A stretch of 57,274 bases of DNA, counting the filler, from Sphacelaria rigidula (lineage: Eukaryota), in the NCBI GenBank assembly GCA_964200075.2. It is 5 parts of 5 records of this genome, joined end to end, with 100 filler letters (N's around TTAATTAATTAA, not from the genome) between each part and the next. Parts side by side here need not be neighbours in the genome. Positions count along the whole stretch, not along the records: positions 1 to 11,376 come from CAXNAA020005000.1; positions 11,477 to 22,851 come from CAXNAA020005001.1; 3 more parts are not named here. The stretch is one strand, 5' to 3'. The notes under the pieces were generated by a model. The model did no database searches. It saw nothing but the letters and a program-made list of their open reading frames with translations, and had not been told where the DNA came from. Below, piece after piece: positions 1 through 11,929 of the stretch; the stretch's first letter is position 1, and every line of letters begins with the position of its first letter. Both the position numbers and the translations under genes were made by a program.

Positions 1-279
1 TTATACGGCCTGTGCTGCACGTTCTGCTCTCTGCATGCTTAGCAGCCGATCGACCAAAAAGCTGATTTTGGAGGATGACACATACGCGCTTACTCGCAGT
101 GCTGTAAGACTACGTAATCGGATGCTTGAGACACATACAATAGCTCAAATAAAGCACCGTGCTCTTGTGCACACGCAGAAAAAACAGAACGGAAAACGGT
201 TAATATTTCGCGGAGATATGAACGATTAAAAAAACTTGTATCTTAATTGGCTCTGTATCTTAGTTGGTACATTTCCCTC

Positions 280-570
280 TATCAAATCAGTTCAAGATTA
301 AATAATACGCGCTAGCATGACTCGCCGTCCCCAAAATTCGCGAAAAAGAAAATAATTAAGTCGAGCCGTAGTAATGTTTCGTGTTAGACCTGCACGACTA
401 AAATAACATTCAGACATGAATGCGTATCAAATCAGTTCAAGATCAAATATTACGCGCTAACTTGACTCGCCGTGTCATAAATCCGGAGAAAAGAGACGAA
501 ATTATATGGCGAGCTGGAAAAAATAACCGTGCCATACCTACACGACTAACAACAATATCGGGACAGATCC
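280..570. repeat. Degenerate tandem duplication, ~145-bp period
   Basis: TATCAAATCAGTTCAAGAT...ACGCGCTA...TGACTCGCCGT occurs at 280 and 425; ACCTrCACGACTAA recurs in both units. Confidence 0.8.
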
Positions 571-1517
571 CACGATCGAATACAGATTGGTGGTGAAGAG
601 AGACTTGGTCTTTGAATCAAGCTCTTATCATCATAATGGGAACTTGCTGAGAAGGATTACCGTAAGAGCTCTTTCTACTCCGAGCAAAATGCTCCGAGAA
701 AATAAAAAGCATATCTTTACCACCTCTGTATCCGATATCAACCCCTCCCTGGTTACCTAGTACATCACGCGGCCACCATAGCTCCACTCCTCTGCAAGTT
801 ATGAGCGGACTAATTTGGTACAGACCGTCGGATACGGTAATCTGTGTAGATCGTTCAGCTAATCACTGAACGAAACTCGCACGAAATTTCAAGGGAAACA
901 AATCATTTTCTCATATTTTCTTTGCACAAGCCTGTAGGAGAACTTCGATAAATGTATTGGTCAGTGTTTCTCAACACCCAGAATAGAGGATATGACGCGT
1001 TCAACTCCAGGCTACTATAAACGTATCTCAGAAGCACATACAAATGAGACTCCCAAAAAGTTATCATTCTCCCGAATGCCCGCCACGAGCCTGCAAAGAT
1101 GGCCTCGCGGCGCATCAAATGGGGGGGGTGATGTGGAGATCGCCATTTGGGCATGCGCGGAGAGATATCCTTTTGTGACGTGTAACCTAATGAACGGCTG
1201 TTACAGGGGTAAGTTCGCTAGAACCCCGAAACTTCCATATCTGTACAGCCGGATCTGGGACCCCAAGGTAACAGGGATCTTCCCAGCGAACTGCTGGCTA
1301 TCCCTGGGGCATCACTCTTGACCTAGACTCTTAGACTTCGTCATCAGGCTAACTCGTTCGCGCTCGTCGAGCTTCCCCGAGTGATCCACTTTGCCTCAGC
1401 CCCACGACTTTCGGTCAATCCTTGACGACATATCCCGAGGAAAATCATCGGTCACCTTCGACGGTTTCTACCGTTACCGGGAGTCTCACGACTTCCACAA
1501 TACTGTATATTTCATCA

Positions 1518-1772
1518 GAGCAATGCTATGGTAGGGGTGCACTTTTGCGCAAGATCGTGTCTGGTTCAGGGACTTCAAACGGTTTTACATGCAGAAGAAT
1601 ATGGATCGGGGCATCCGTGTTTGCAAATGCACTGGGGATATCCCTAGCACATTGGAATAGTAATCATGGCACACTCTCACGTATTTCAGAAGTCGTGTTT
1701 TGGATTAGATAAAGGGCTCCTAACAATTCTATCCTCAGAAAATATTTGTCCAACCCTAATGTAGCATAACTC
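1518..1772. mobile_element. ~255-bp MITE, family M2 (GAGCAATGCTATGGTAGGGGTGCAC TIR), copy 1
   Basis: Colinear with 36665-36920 over its full length; the right TIR is degenerate here. Confidence 0.8.
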
Positions 1773-2077
1773 ATTATTTATTTATATTTTACTAAAACCT
1801 GAAAACTGTTATTGCCCTTCAATCATGAATATATATTTGGGTCCATGTGTACCTTTTTTCATTGTGCACCATTGATCGTCCATACCAATTTTTAAAGTCC
1901 AACTCTATAATCGTTGAATTGCGAATAAGCCTTTTATCAACCAGGCTGGTAGAAATTCGGAACCACGAACCGGCTCAGGTTTGGTACTTGTGAAATGAAA
2001 TTCTGCGAGGGACTTCCCTAGACCATTATAAACTACATATGTATGGCAGGTTGATTTTTATTTGATTTTTCACTTGT

Positions 2078-2377
2078 GACAACGTTTTTGTGAGATTGAG
2101 AGTAGCGCGCTGATTGAGAGTGGTTTTCATCACTCGCTTTACCTTCTCCGATTTTTCATTCCGTGTGTACCTTTCTTCCCTCCCATCACTTGCGTGAGCT
2201 CACAGTTACACGTCGACATCCTACTCAGGGATGTTGAGGGCCTCAGTGGGAAGCTACTACAGAAAGCATATTGGGTCTCGTCGAGGGGCATTTCGGAACT
2301 GAAACGATTGATTCACTAATTGACCGCTTTTCACTCTCAATCGTATCCTCTACTCTCAATTTCACGCAAACACTGTT
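2078..2377. mobile_element. 300-bp MITE, family M1, copy 1 (4-bp TSD TTGT)
   Basis: TIRs GACAACGTTTTTGTGAGATTGAGAGTAG / CTACTCTCAATTTCACGCAAACACTGTT; TTGT on both flanks; three other copies in the window. Confidence 0.9.
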
Positions 2378-4998
2378 TTGTATAGGACATTTTCGTATAG
2401 TGAACATCATATTTTCACGAGAACGCCCGTACGCCCATACCTCTCAAAAAGAAAATGAGACAAATTGAAGGCTCGTTCGTTTCGTTATCATGCATTTTCG
2501 ATTTTTTGTGATGAGTTTCATATCAAAACTCTAAAGATTGAGCTGAAAACCTGAGATGATTACCGAGAGCACTGTCCATTTTTCCTTTAAACTCCCCTAA
2601 AAAAACGAAAAAAATGCATGAACAAGAAAAATTGAAGGAAAAGAGCTGTTGTTTCTTATTTTTTATGCGCCATTGTAGCGATTTTCCTCACGAAATTTCA
2701 AAGCTCGACTCTTGAAAACTGGGACTTGATATTCAGATTTAGTGAATGTAGTACCTCAGCTCGTAATGTTTTGTTTTTATTATGAAACCCTATGTGCACC
2801 ATGTCTCGAGATAGATGACAAATTGGGGTATCGATTGTCTCCACGTGCTCCAGGGAATGCTCACACCAAAAATCGTCACCATCTGCCGTATACGTCCTTC
2901 GGGGCGTCATATAAACTCAAGTATGGACGCTATCCCCGTATGATATAGGAAGATATTGAACATGGGCTTCAACTAAGGAGAGAAAGAAATAGTCCAGATT
3001 TTTGATCAGATGGCCACCCTCCTCTTGATCAGATGATTCATACGATATGTGGATGACGGCCCAAGTCGTTTCTATCGATGAAATATTGCTTCGAGAGCCT
3101 ACATCCGCGTCCAGCCCGACCCAGCTTGTACGCTGCAGAGGCCGGCTATGTCTACATTTACTATTTGGTTGTGATTTTTCTCCTGACCATAGCACTTTTC
3201 CACCTCTAGCTCTTCTCCTTCTCTTTCTCTTCTCTTTCCTCGCTGTTAGTTTTTCCTATGTTCTAGTGTTTGTCTTCGTTTTATTTGTCAATTTACCCCG
3301 TTTGTTGGTTGCTGTTTTGCGTATATATTACGTCGTTTTCACTCTTTTTCATTGTTACCGCGCGTTTCCTTTTTGGGGAATACCTTCGGTATATCCATGC
3401 AAGTTCGGTCGGTTTCATGCCGAACAGGACACTACGAGACCGCACGACTCGTGATTTGAAAGCAACAGATCAAACGGATACGAATGACTGCGCCTCCTAC
3501 GCCCACATGTTCTCCCCCTGTTTCAGTCTCTGTAGTCCGCAACCACTCGTCACTCAAGTATGTGCTGCTCTGAGCCCTTTCATTCTTTGTGTGGATCTCG
3601 GGCCGTTTCCTGGCGCTGAGGGCATTGTGTCTACTCACTTGAGAAATGTACGACTCGCAAGCCAGTATTAATATTGGAATCAGATCTGTCTATTGAGAAG
3701 CATAATAACCACTGAGCTAACTCAATCAGCGCTGCAGTGTCCACCTCCTCATGAAATAATTGCAGCGTCCCTTTTTTGCGACAGATGCAGTACGTGGTGG
3801 TCATCTCCGTCTTACCCGGTTCCTATTCGGGTCTCCTTTTTCAAATCCTTCCATATTTATCTGGTCAGACGGTGGCGGTTTCACTGCAGTCCGTCAAGCC
3901 CCCCGCCCACTACGTGCACGAGCAGCGCAAAACCAGCAAGGGGCTGAAAGTGCGCCCAATGATGGCCCCTTCGGCGGGTCAAGACCACGAAGAAGCAATA
4001 ATCGTGGTGATCGTTTTTGAACCCATGAACTCGCCATCGTCAAACCCGCGCAGCGTTGCGTGTGAACTTTTAACAGCCTCTGTCACGCTCGCTCTGGGGT
4101 CTATTTTTGTTGCCCTCAAATTCCGTCCGCGTAAACTAGGAGCATATGCATGTTGGTGCAGGAACAAACCCCGAAGTAACATCCGCGGGGTCTCCGTTGT
4201 ACTCCCAAGTTCCGCACATACACATAAATTGAACGAAATGTGGGTAACACAGCTTCAAATCGAGATTTTCATCATGCGCTGGACCTGTCTCGACACGGCC
4301 GCTCACTTGGGTGTTTCGTGCGTGTAGAACAGTGAGAGCGCAATGCGGCAAGGCATTGCGACGTTATTATCGTCTGCAGTATCCACCGGTGTAGCACGTC
4401 GAGCGTTCGTGCGCATTCAAACTAAAAGGGCGAACAGCATCAGAAACTAAACCAGCGATTTTATTATATTAATCACAGACAGTGTCCCCTTTGTCATCCA
4501 AAGGTGCTCACACTCGCGAGAACAAAACAGGACATGAGAATCAACATGCTAAAATATTTTATTATCTAACGGAATCTCTTCGAGTACTTTAACCAACTTT
4601 CGCACTCTCACTTAGTTTTCCATAAAAACAGAACACGGCGAAACCGCCACCTATTAATATTCACACGGGGCTGTTTGCTACTCCGATGCTCGACAACTCC
4701 CCGTCTTTTTTCGTCAATACAATGAGCCCTTTTCCAGAGGAATCGGCATAGCGACAAAAAAATGTGCTCCCGTACCCCGCACGCAACCCTATCCCTCTCC
4801 GTCCCTCTCCTAGATTCACCACTGTCCAAAACTGCATCCATTTTCCAGAAGATTTTTGACGAGGTACACAACAGACAACATGGCACTGATGGCGGTATCC
4901 GGGACTCCTTTTCTTCAGCCCAGTTGACCCCGGTAACCAAGCCTAAGCACGCTACGATAATAGTTAAGCAACTCCCCTTAAAACACTTGGAGGTATAA

Positions 4999-5315
4999 AA
5001 CAATGCTTCGTGAGATTGAGAGTCGAGCTTTGGTTGAGAGTGAGTCTTTTTTCATTCGCTCTAACTTGACCCAGTTTTCATTTCATGTGTGCTTTTCTTT
5101 GCCTGTAACCGCCGTGTGCTCACATCTACACGTTCATATCCGACTCAGGGATATCAAAGGCTTCAGCGGCAAGCTACTGTAGGGAAAAAAATGTATCAAG
5201 CCTCATATTAAACCCGGAGCTGCATGTCGGAACTGAAATCATTTGATTCATTATTCGACCGTTTATTCTCACTCCCAATCGTATCGTAGGCCCTCAATCT
5301 CACGAAAACATTGTC
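4999..5315. mobile_element. MITE family M1, copy 2
   Basis: Colinear with 2078-2377; ends AACAATGCTTCGTGAGATTGAG / CTCAATCTCACGAAAACATTGTC. Confidence 0.85.
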
Positions 5316-5999
5316 GTATATGCGTTTCGTTTTAAGGCACCCTTATAATCCGAGAAATCCGAGAAATTTAGTGACCGCCGAATGCATCGCGAATCGCATG
5401 CAAGATTGTTTCCGATATCCTACAAGGCAAACCTTCCTATCTGTCGTCGCCTCTCTGCCTCTCTCTGCCTCTCTGTGCAGAACGTCACCGCATGACCAGA
5501 GCACGGTACTACGAGGCCGCCCCTCGTTCTTCCGTTTGTCTTGTCCATCGGTTTACATTTGCCCATAACTAGTGTTGCCTTGAGAAAAGCAGAAGAAGCT
5601 TTCAAGCAAAACCCATACAGCTATAAACGCGCAATACATTCACACATCAATATTGCATATATACATTAATCTGCCCGAAACATTGGAAGGAAAATGACAG
5701 CCAGAAAATCCGAGATAACATGGCAAGAAAAAGGACGACAACACTGATTGATCTCATTGACTTCATTGGTTGATTCACTGATTGATTGTCGCCCTTTCAC
5801 CTATCCCCAAGCAGGGATCCAATTGTGGTCGTATTACGGTAGACTTACCCGAGACAATAAAACCAAACTTAAACACTCAATGAAGAAAATGAAGGGGAAA
5901 AAAGCGGAGAAGGTACAAAAGGCCAACAACAAAGTAGACCGAGGAAAAAGATTGGATCAATGCAAACACACAGGTGGCACAGCATACGCCGGCATCTAT

Positions 6000-6267
6000 T
6001 TATCCGCGTTCCCTCCTCTCCAGCTGGTCCCTCAACATCACAGGCAGCGCTTCCAGCCCCTCGAGAAACTCATCCACGGTATCGTACTCTCCAGCCATTT
6101 GCTCGATGACTGCCGGGGTTACCCTTCCGTGGTCGCGACTGCGATCGAAAAGTCGCCGCTGCGCCACCCCGATGTCTTCGTCGAAAATCGCAGCAAGTCG
6201 CACCTGCTGCTCACTGGTGAGGTCGGTCTGGAAAAAGTGTCGAGTCATCTCCAGTGCGGCCGGGTAT
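6000..6267 (-). CDS. BCS1-like AAA+ ATPase, terminal exon
   Basis: Acceptor CCCAAACAG| with phase 2 matching exon 8989-9128 (CA|A = Gln); reads YPAALEMTRHFF...VTPAVIEQMAGEY...ERRERG-TAA, resembling an AAA lid (TPA motif). Confidence 0.85.
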
Positions 6268-6279
6268 CTGTTTGGGCAC

Positions 6280-6388
6280 GGGGGGGGCGATGTACTCATT
6301 TGGTGTGTTCCTCAGGTATTTAGACACTGACCACGCATCTCTTCCGAGACGGAGCACCGTTCCTACTTCTAGTAGAGACACCTCCAGC
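6280..6388 (-). mobile_element. Oligo(C)-tailed retroposon fragment (type A 3' end)
   Basis: Minus strand GCTCCGTCTCGGAAGAGATGCGTGGTCA...ATGAGTACATCG-C8 matches 23208-23281 and 57213-57274; possible TSD GTTTGGGCAC/GTTTGGGCGC. Confidence 0.65.
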
Positions 6389-6500
6389 GTTTGGGCGCTC
6401 ATTACATTTTTCTCCATACATGACACAAAACGTTTCACATATTTTGTCCCCTTCCTGTGTCTTCGTCTGTGACCACCATATATCTCCTACTATAGCGCGT

Positions 6501-6650
6501 GGGGGCGTATCCATGACCTTACATGCCATAGTCATATGACCATTGACCTCGCATCCCTATTAAGCTGGGACGGAGCACACCGGGTTTTCGTCGCATCAGG
6601 CTCGTAATCAATCACTAAGCGCGAAGCGCCGTGATGTGTTCGGCGAGTCG
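6501..6650 (-). mobile_element. Oligo(C)-tailed retroposon fragment (type B 3' end); may extend further
   Basis: Reverse complement of 8140-8288; ends ...GGTCATATGACTATGGCATGTAAGGTCATGGATACGCCCCC. Confidence 0.7.
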
Positions 6651-8139
6651 CACGAGGGGTGAGCCGCATCCTGCTAAGATTGCTCGCCCAGAAGTCTAGT
6701 GATTATCTTGCGTTTGGATTACAGCCTCCGATGAGTCGCTTCGTTTCCTGGTATCGCCAATTCCAGAGATAGTCGCGGCTTGCACGCTGCCTCTAGGTGT
6801 CTCACTATTCAAATACTACGTAGTATGAGCATCTCCTTCGCGCGGAGTTGAGGTTCTCCCACCCAGCACAACGTGATCTAGCGCGACCACCATCACGGTT
6901 ACCGCAAACAAAACGCAAGTGCGCGAACAAAATCGGTAACCCAGTTGCTTAGCTTACGCAGCGAGTAACGTGTTACACAGCGTCATTCCCGAACGGTTCC
7001 AACCTCATAGGGGGGCCGTCCCTACAAAGCCGACACGGGGCACGCCGGGTTTTCGTTGGACAAGGTTGTTATTCTAGCGGGAGGCATACCTTCGCGGGGG
7101 GAAAGAAATTCGCCGATCAATACAAATTGCAGTATACATGTATCGTGATGGTGTACTCTTTGGATCCGGAAGAAAGTTTTCCGATTTTTGAAAATCATGA
7201 CTGATGCCATTGGGGAACGGAAGGGAATCGACCGCCAATGTTCAGCCGTGCGTGCGGCAAGCTTACTTGCACACAGAAGGACAGGAGTCAACCACGGGAA
7301 CGGGCTTCGAGCCTGTTTCGGGGGGACTGATTACATCACACAACACTCAAAATCAAAATCCATGACCATAATAAAACCGTGCTAGGTGAGAAACCTACTT
7401 GCACAGTCAGCCGCTTGCATAGCACCACATCGCAAGGTAGAACTTGCAGCTCATCACAAATAGCCAACTATCAAAGGTGAGTATGAATGTCAAAGCCGTT
7501 GGACGTCAGACCTATTTTCGGAACAAAAAGAAAATGAAAAAATCCGATGCTACGACTGATGAGCCCTGTCTTTCTGCGCGCACCACTTTTCACTGACAGC
7601 ATCCACCATCAATTCCGCGGTGCCCAACGAACTCCTGGATTGTTTTCCGGTGTGTAATTAAACGAGTTGTGTGTGTCACACTTAGCAGGTGGTCCACCCA
7701 AGCTCCGCATCTGTCATGTGCCGCCGACGAGATTGACTTAAAACGCGATACAGTACTCCGGAGTAGTGCATTGTCGTCTAAAAATGAGCTACGAACACGC
7801 CAATGCGTGAAGGTATGTGACTTGACCATTATGTTCGAAAAGTATAATGCTTCAGCGGTAAATAAACATACAAAGCTATTCGTACTTTGGTGGTTAAAAA
7901 CATTCTGTTTTGTTTTGTTTTCCCAGGACGGGGAAACAAAAACAACAGGAACAGTTTAGAGGACCTGTAGTACAACAACTGGGCGGCGCTGCTGCTGGTG
8001 TGAAATACAAAAAAAATATCATCTTGACTTAAGAGAAAGCTGAACCTGTATGACTTATTCACATTTCTCTCTTGTTATGCAAGACAATCAGTACCTTCCG
8101 GGCCGAACAATCTCAGCAGGGTACAGCTCACCCTTCATT

Positions 8140-8288
8140 CGACTCGACGAGCACATCACGGCGCTTCGCGCTTGGTGATTGGCTACGAGTCTGATCCGGC
8201 GAAAACCCGGCGTGCTCCATCCCAGCTTTGTAGGGATACGAGGTCTATGGTCATATGACTATGGCATGCAAGCTCATGGGTACACCTC
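8140..8288 (+). mobile_element. Oligo(C)-tailed retroposon fragment (type B)
   Basis: ~150-bp inverted copy of 6501-6650; shares the ATGACTATGGCATGC tail with 23291-23338. Confidence 0.7.
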
Positions 8289-8988
8289 TAGCGCCCACGT
8301 GTGTTCATATTTCGGATCGATATCACGTGTTCACTCGAATAGCGGGCTGGTTGGTCATCGGCGGGGTCTCCGGGGATGATGATAACTCCCAGGTGAATCA
8401 AACCTTGCGCGATTTCACTGGCCGTGCGTAAACGCCGCAGGCGTTTTCTCCTTCCGTAATGACGTTATGTTCGCTGAGGTAGATTGGTGGGGAAACAGCA
8501 CGACATGGTCGGCTGAAAAAAACGCCGAAGAAAATGAAGAAAACAACAAAAAAAAAATTCAAAGAGTACGACTAACAAAACTGTGATGGAAAAACGAAAG
8601 AGAGCTCCATGAAGTGGTGCCTTGCTCAAAAGCCGTAAATTTGTGGAAAACAACGAATAAAGGTTGAAAAAAAGAATCGCAGTGCGTACAGAAGAGAATC
8701 CGACGGTCGACAAACCAAAAAAAGCACGCGCTCATGTTAGAGTAATACACAGTGAGCACGGAAAGCGGATGATAAAACTGTGAATGTAATATTTTATCTT
8801 GTTTCTCTTGAGACCACGGCTGGACCCCTGGGAGGTCAGGTAAAGTGCGACAATCAATCAATCAAATGACCAATCAAATCAACCGAATCAATCAATATAT
8901 ATGCTCCAACATAAAAATCAGGAGAAAAAACACAAAATAATAAAACAAGAAATCAAAAGGGGGAAACAAAACACACACACACACTCAC

Positions 8989-9128
8989 TGCATGTATCCC
9001 AACCGGATTCGCTTATCGATCCGGCCGGGTCGAATGAGGGCGGGATCCAGCGTTTCGACGTGATTGGTGGTCATCACCACGATCCGCCCGGGGGTGTCGA
9101 CGACTCCATCTAGAACATTCAAGAGGCC
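8989..9128 (-). CDS. BCS1-like AAA+ ATPase exon (sensor-1 / second region of homology)
   Basis: TTTTCCAG| ... |GTGAGT boundaries; translates [46 protein letters not shown], the BCS1-family GLLNxLDG..TTNH..[12 protein letters not shown] signature. Confidence 0.95.
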
Positions 9129-10398
9129 CTGGAAAACGACATACATGTATTGCAACATACGGCAAAACAGGACAGATCAGCATCCTCTGTTTAGATGGGA
9201 GTATTCACGGGCCTACGTCTGTGGATACACTCATGTCGCTTAGTCTCCCCAGGCCTAGTTAAGCAGATGTCGCTACTGTTAGTCACTCACAAACGAGGAG
9301 ATCGTCAAGTCTATACTCGTAGCACACCTCATTAGACGTGTTCGAAATGTCCGTGGGTCACTTCTATCTCTGCGTCGATACCATATATCCCCAGCGGGAA
9401 AACAAAACACAAGGGTGTCATTACTCCATGCGCTGGAGGTCCCTGGCCCACGGTCGGCTGGTCGAGGCAGGGGGATGATTATTTTCGTCCATATCTAATG
9501 GAATGGTGACTAACAAATGCACTCAGTGATCATCCGTGAACAGTCCATAAGGAATACATAACCTCGCATCCCCCCCTCCGCCGCCCCCCTTCAATTTTAT
9601 TCCATTATACTTGTGCATTTCACCACTGAAATATAAACAATCAACCAAAGATAAAATATATAGCCTCCCCCCACACCTTCCGCCCGTCACCTCTACTTTT
9701 GTATCCGCTCGAAATCCTAACGCTCGAGGAACATGAATGTATACTTCCTCTGTCCCATAAGTGAAATCCCTTATGATCACACGGACCCTTGACCGTGTCT
9801 AATGCGATAGGCGATATTTTGTTTTTAATCTTCAGGGTTCTTTAAGCTGAATCGCGTCATTATTTTTCCTCTTTGCGCCGCAGCCAGCGTGCGCGAATGG
9901 CCGATAAACGATCAGTCGGCCCAAAAATGGTCATATGTCGCCCCTTTTGCATATCACAGGGAAGAACTCTGGCAACCCGAAAAACGGGGGAAAACGCTGA
10001 AAAAAAACTTCAACTGGCTCCTTTTCTCCGGCTCATCGCTGGCATACGATAGCTACGCCTAGTCCGAAACCACGCGTTTACATTGTAGCCTTCAATTACT
10101 TCAAAACAAGCCAAATTCATCGAAATTCTGTCGACAATGTACAGATTGGCGAAATTTGGTCGAAATTTGGCCATGTTTGCCCTACTAATTCTTAGTAACT
10201 TCGTCTCAGATTATTTACTTTTTTCCTAGCGAGCATCAGCACATCAACAGCTTGTCAAAAAACGCAACGATAGTATCGTGGACAACTCCGTTGACGATAT
10301 ATACGATCTGCCCCCCAAAACGGACTCTACTCACGAGGAAGTATGAGGAAGTATGTACACATGTATATATATATATATATATACATATGAGCACTTAC

Positions 10399-11130
10399 CG
10401 CGAGGTCAAGCTTGTCATATTTACTGGCATACTTCTTCTTGCGCCTCCGCCTCTGCCCCCCACCGCCCGCTTCCCCGTTTGCCTCGTTCTCAAGTCCACT
10501 CTCGTCTTCCTCACTGGACGAAGAAGCTGTATCCGACTCCTCTTCTTCTGACCGCGACTCGTAGCTCGAATACCGTCGTTCATCGACTTCGTTGTCTTTC
10601 CGAGCCGTCGCCGGTTCCGCCGCCCGCTTCTCGCCGTTGTTCCCCTTCGACAGTTTCTCCGTATCAGACGAATTTTTAGCCGTCCCAGCGTCACCACCGG
10701 TCGAAACCAATTCCGCTGCTTGCTTGTCGTTGTTGTTGTTCCCTTTCGGTACTGACGACATCGAAATTTCCGTTTCCGACGGTTTCGCGTCTTGACCAGC
10801 CTCGTCGGCCGTGCCTGGTTCTACCGCTCGTTGCCGCTCTTCGTGGTTGCTGTTGCTGCCCGTCTCCATCTCTCCTCCGGGTAGTGAGGGCACCTGGACG
10901 AAGGACTCTAAGGTACATACGCTTGTAGGTGTAGATCTGGAACTGCTGCAAGCATCACCGGGGCTGTCGTTCTTGTCATCGCCTCCCTCACCGGGCGCTG
11001 TATGATTGATCGGAGCGCTCGTTGTCACGGTTGGTGTGCTCGTTCTTGTAGGCGGTGATGCCACGGTTGGTGCGTCCGTCATTGCCGCCGGTGTTGATGC
11101 AGGTGACGCAACTTCTGTGGAAAGGACGAC
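10399..11130 (-). CDS. BCS1-like AAA+ ATPase exon: 244-aa low-complexity insert following the Walker B region
   Basis: CGACAG| ... |GTAAGT, 732 bp, phase 0-0; starts VVLS and ends KYDKLDLA, splicing in frame to give [14 protein letters not shown]. Walker A/B exons are not on this contig. Confidence 0.85.
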
Positions 11131-11324
11131 CTGTCGGGGTGGGCAGCAGTTTGGAGGGTCGATTGTAGTGCTAATGAGTAAGGATGTCGAGGTATGGGGG
11201 AAGAGGGGAGGGGGGCAAGGGTACCTATGTTTCCTACCGTAACCGCTAGCCACAGTCCACATTACCGTGAGCTCCGTTTGCGGTGAAAGGACGAACCAAA
11301 CAAAATGAGACACGTTTGTGGCAG

Positions 11325-11376
11325 AGGGGGGGGGCGTACTCATGATCATGCATGCCATAGTCATCAGACCATTGAC
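11325..11376 (-). mobile_element. Oligo(C)-tailed retroposon 3' end (type B), cut by contig end
   Basis: G-run followed by CGTACTCATGATCATGCATGCCATAGTCAT, the reverse complement of the tail at 23291-23338. Confidence 0.75.
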
Positions 11377-11476
11377 NNNNNNNNNNNNNNNNNNNNNNNN
11401 NNNNNNNNNNNNNNNNNNNNTTAATTAATTAANNNNNNNNNNNNNNNNNNNNNNNNNNNNNNNNNNNNNNNNNNNN
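11377..11476. other. Artificial 100-bp contig spacer
   Basis: N44-TTAATTAATTAA-N44 (stop codons in all six frames). Confidence 0.99.
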
Positions 11477-11752
11477 TGGGATTTTTTCTCACACAATGCC
11501 AAACAGCGGAGAGCGACTATGTCGTGGGTACACAAAATTCGACTTCATGGTCGACGAGGGAAAGGGACTGCTGGACCCCTAGCGCGATAAAAAATAAAGA
11601 CGACCACCGCAGACAAAAGGTGAAGATCTAAAACAATTAAAAGAGAGAAAAAATCTCCGTTGGCCTTCCTCCTGTGTGACCCCGGCTGGTGCGCCCACAT
11701 ATAGCGGGAGGTGTAGACCGGCATCCAGAATAGATGGGACGACAACACACAA
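11477..11752 (+). mobile_element. tRNA-derived SINE body (head lost at contig start)
   Basis: TGGGATTTTTT...GTCGACGAGGGAAAGGGACTGCTG...GTGACCCCGGCTGGTGCGCCCACATATA...; homologous to 16499-16778, 24556-24807 and 55945-56182. Confidence 0.8.
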
Positions 11753-11929
11753 AACACTACAAGTAGGCCTTACCCGAACCCACAACATAATAAATACAAA
11801 ACCTATACCCCACTTTCCATTACGCATCATTTTTCCATATCTCGAGACAACGCGCGCGCGCATGTACATAGCTATAATGGAAACGTCCTCCACCGAAAAC
11901 CCAACAGGTCGGCTTCCTTACAGTATTAC

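Noticed and set aside
2271-2468. Small paralogous ORF family (HFGTETIDSLIDR; also 36173-36424, 55022-55504)
   Set aside because: These are chance translations of the non-coding M1 MITE; frames and ends differ among copies.
11421-11432. TTAATTAATTAA as a biological palindrome or piggyBac target
   Set aside because: It is an identical synthetic linker centred in every 100-bp gap.
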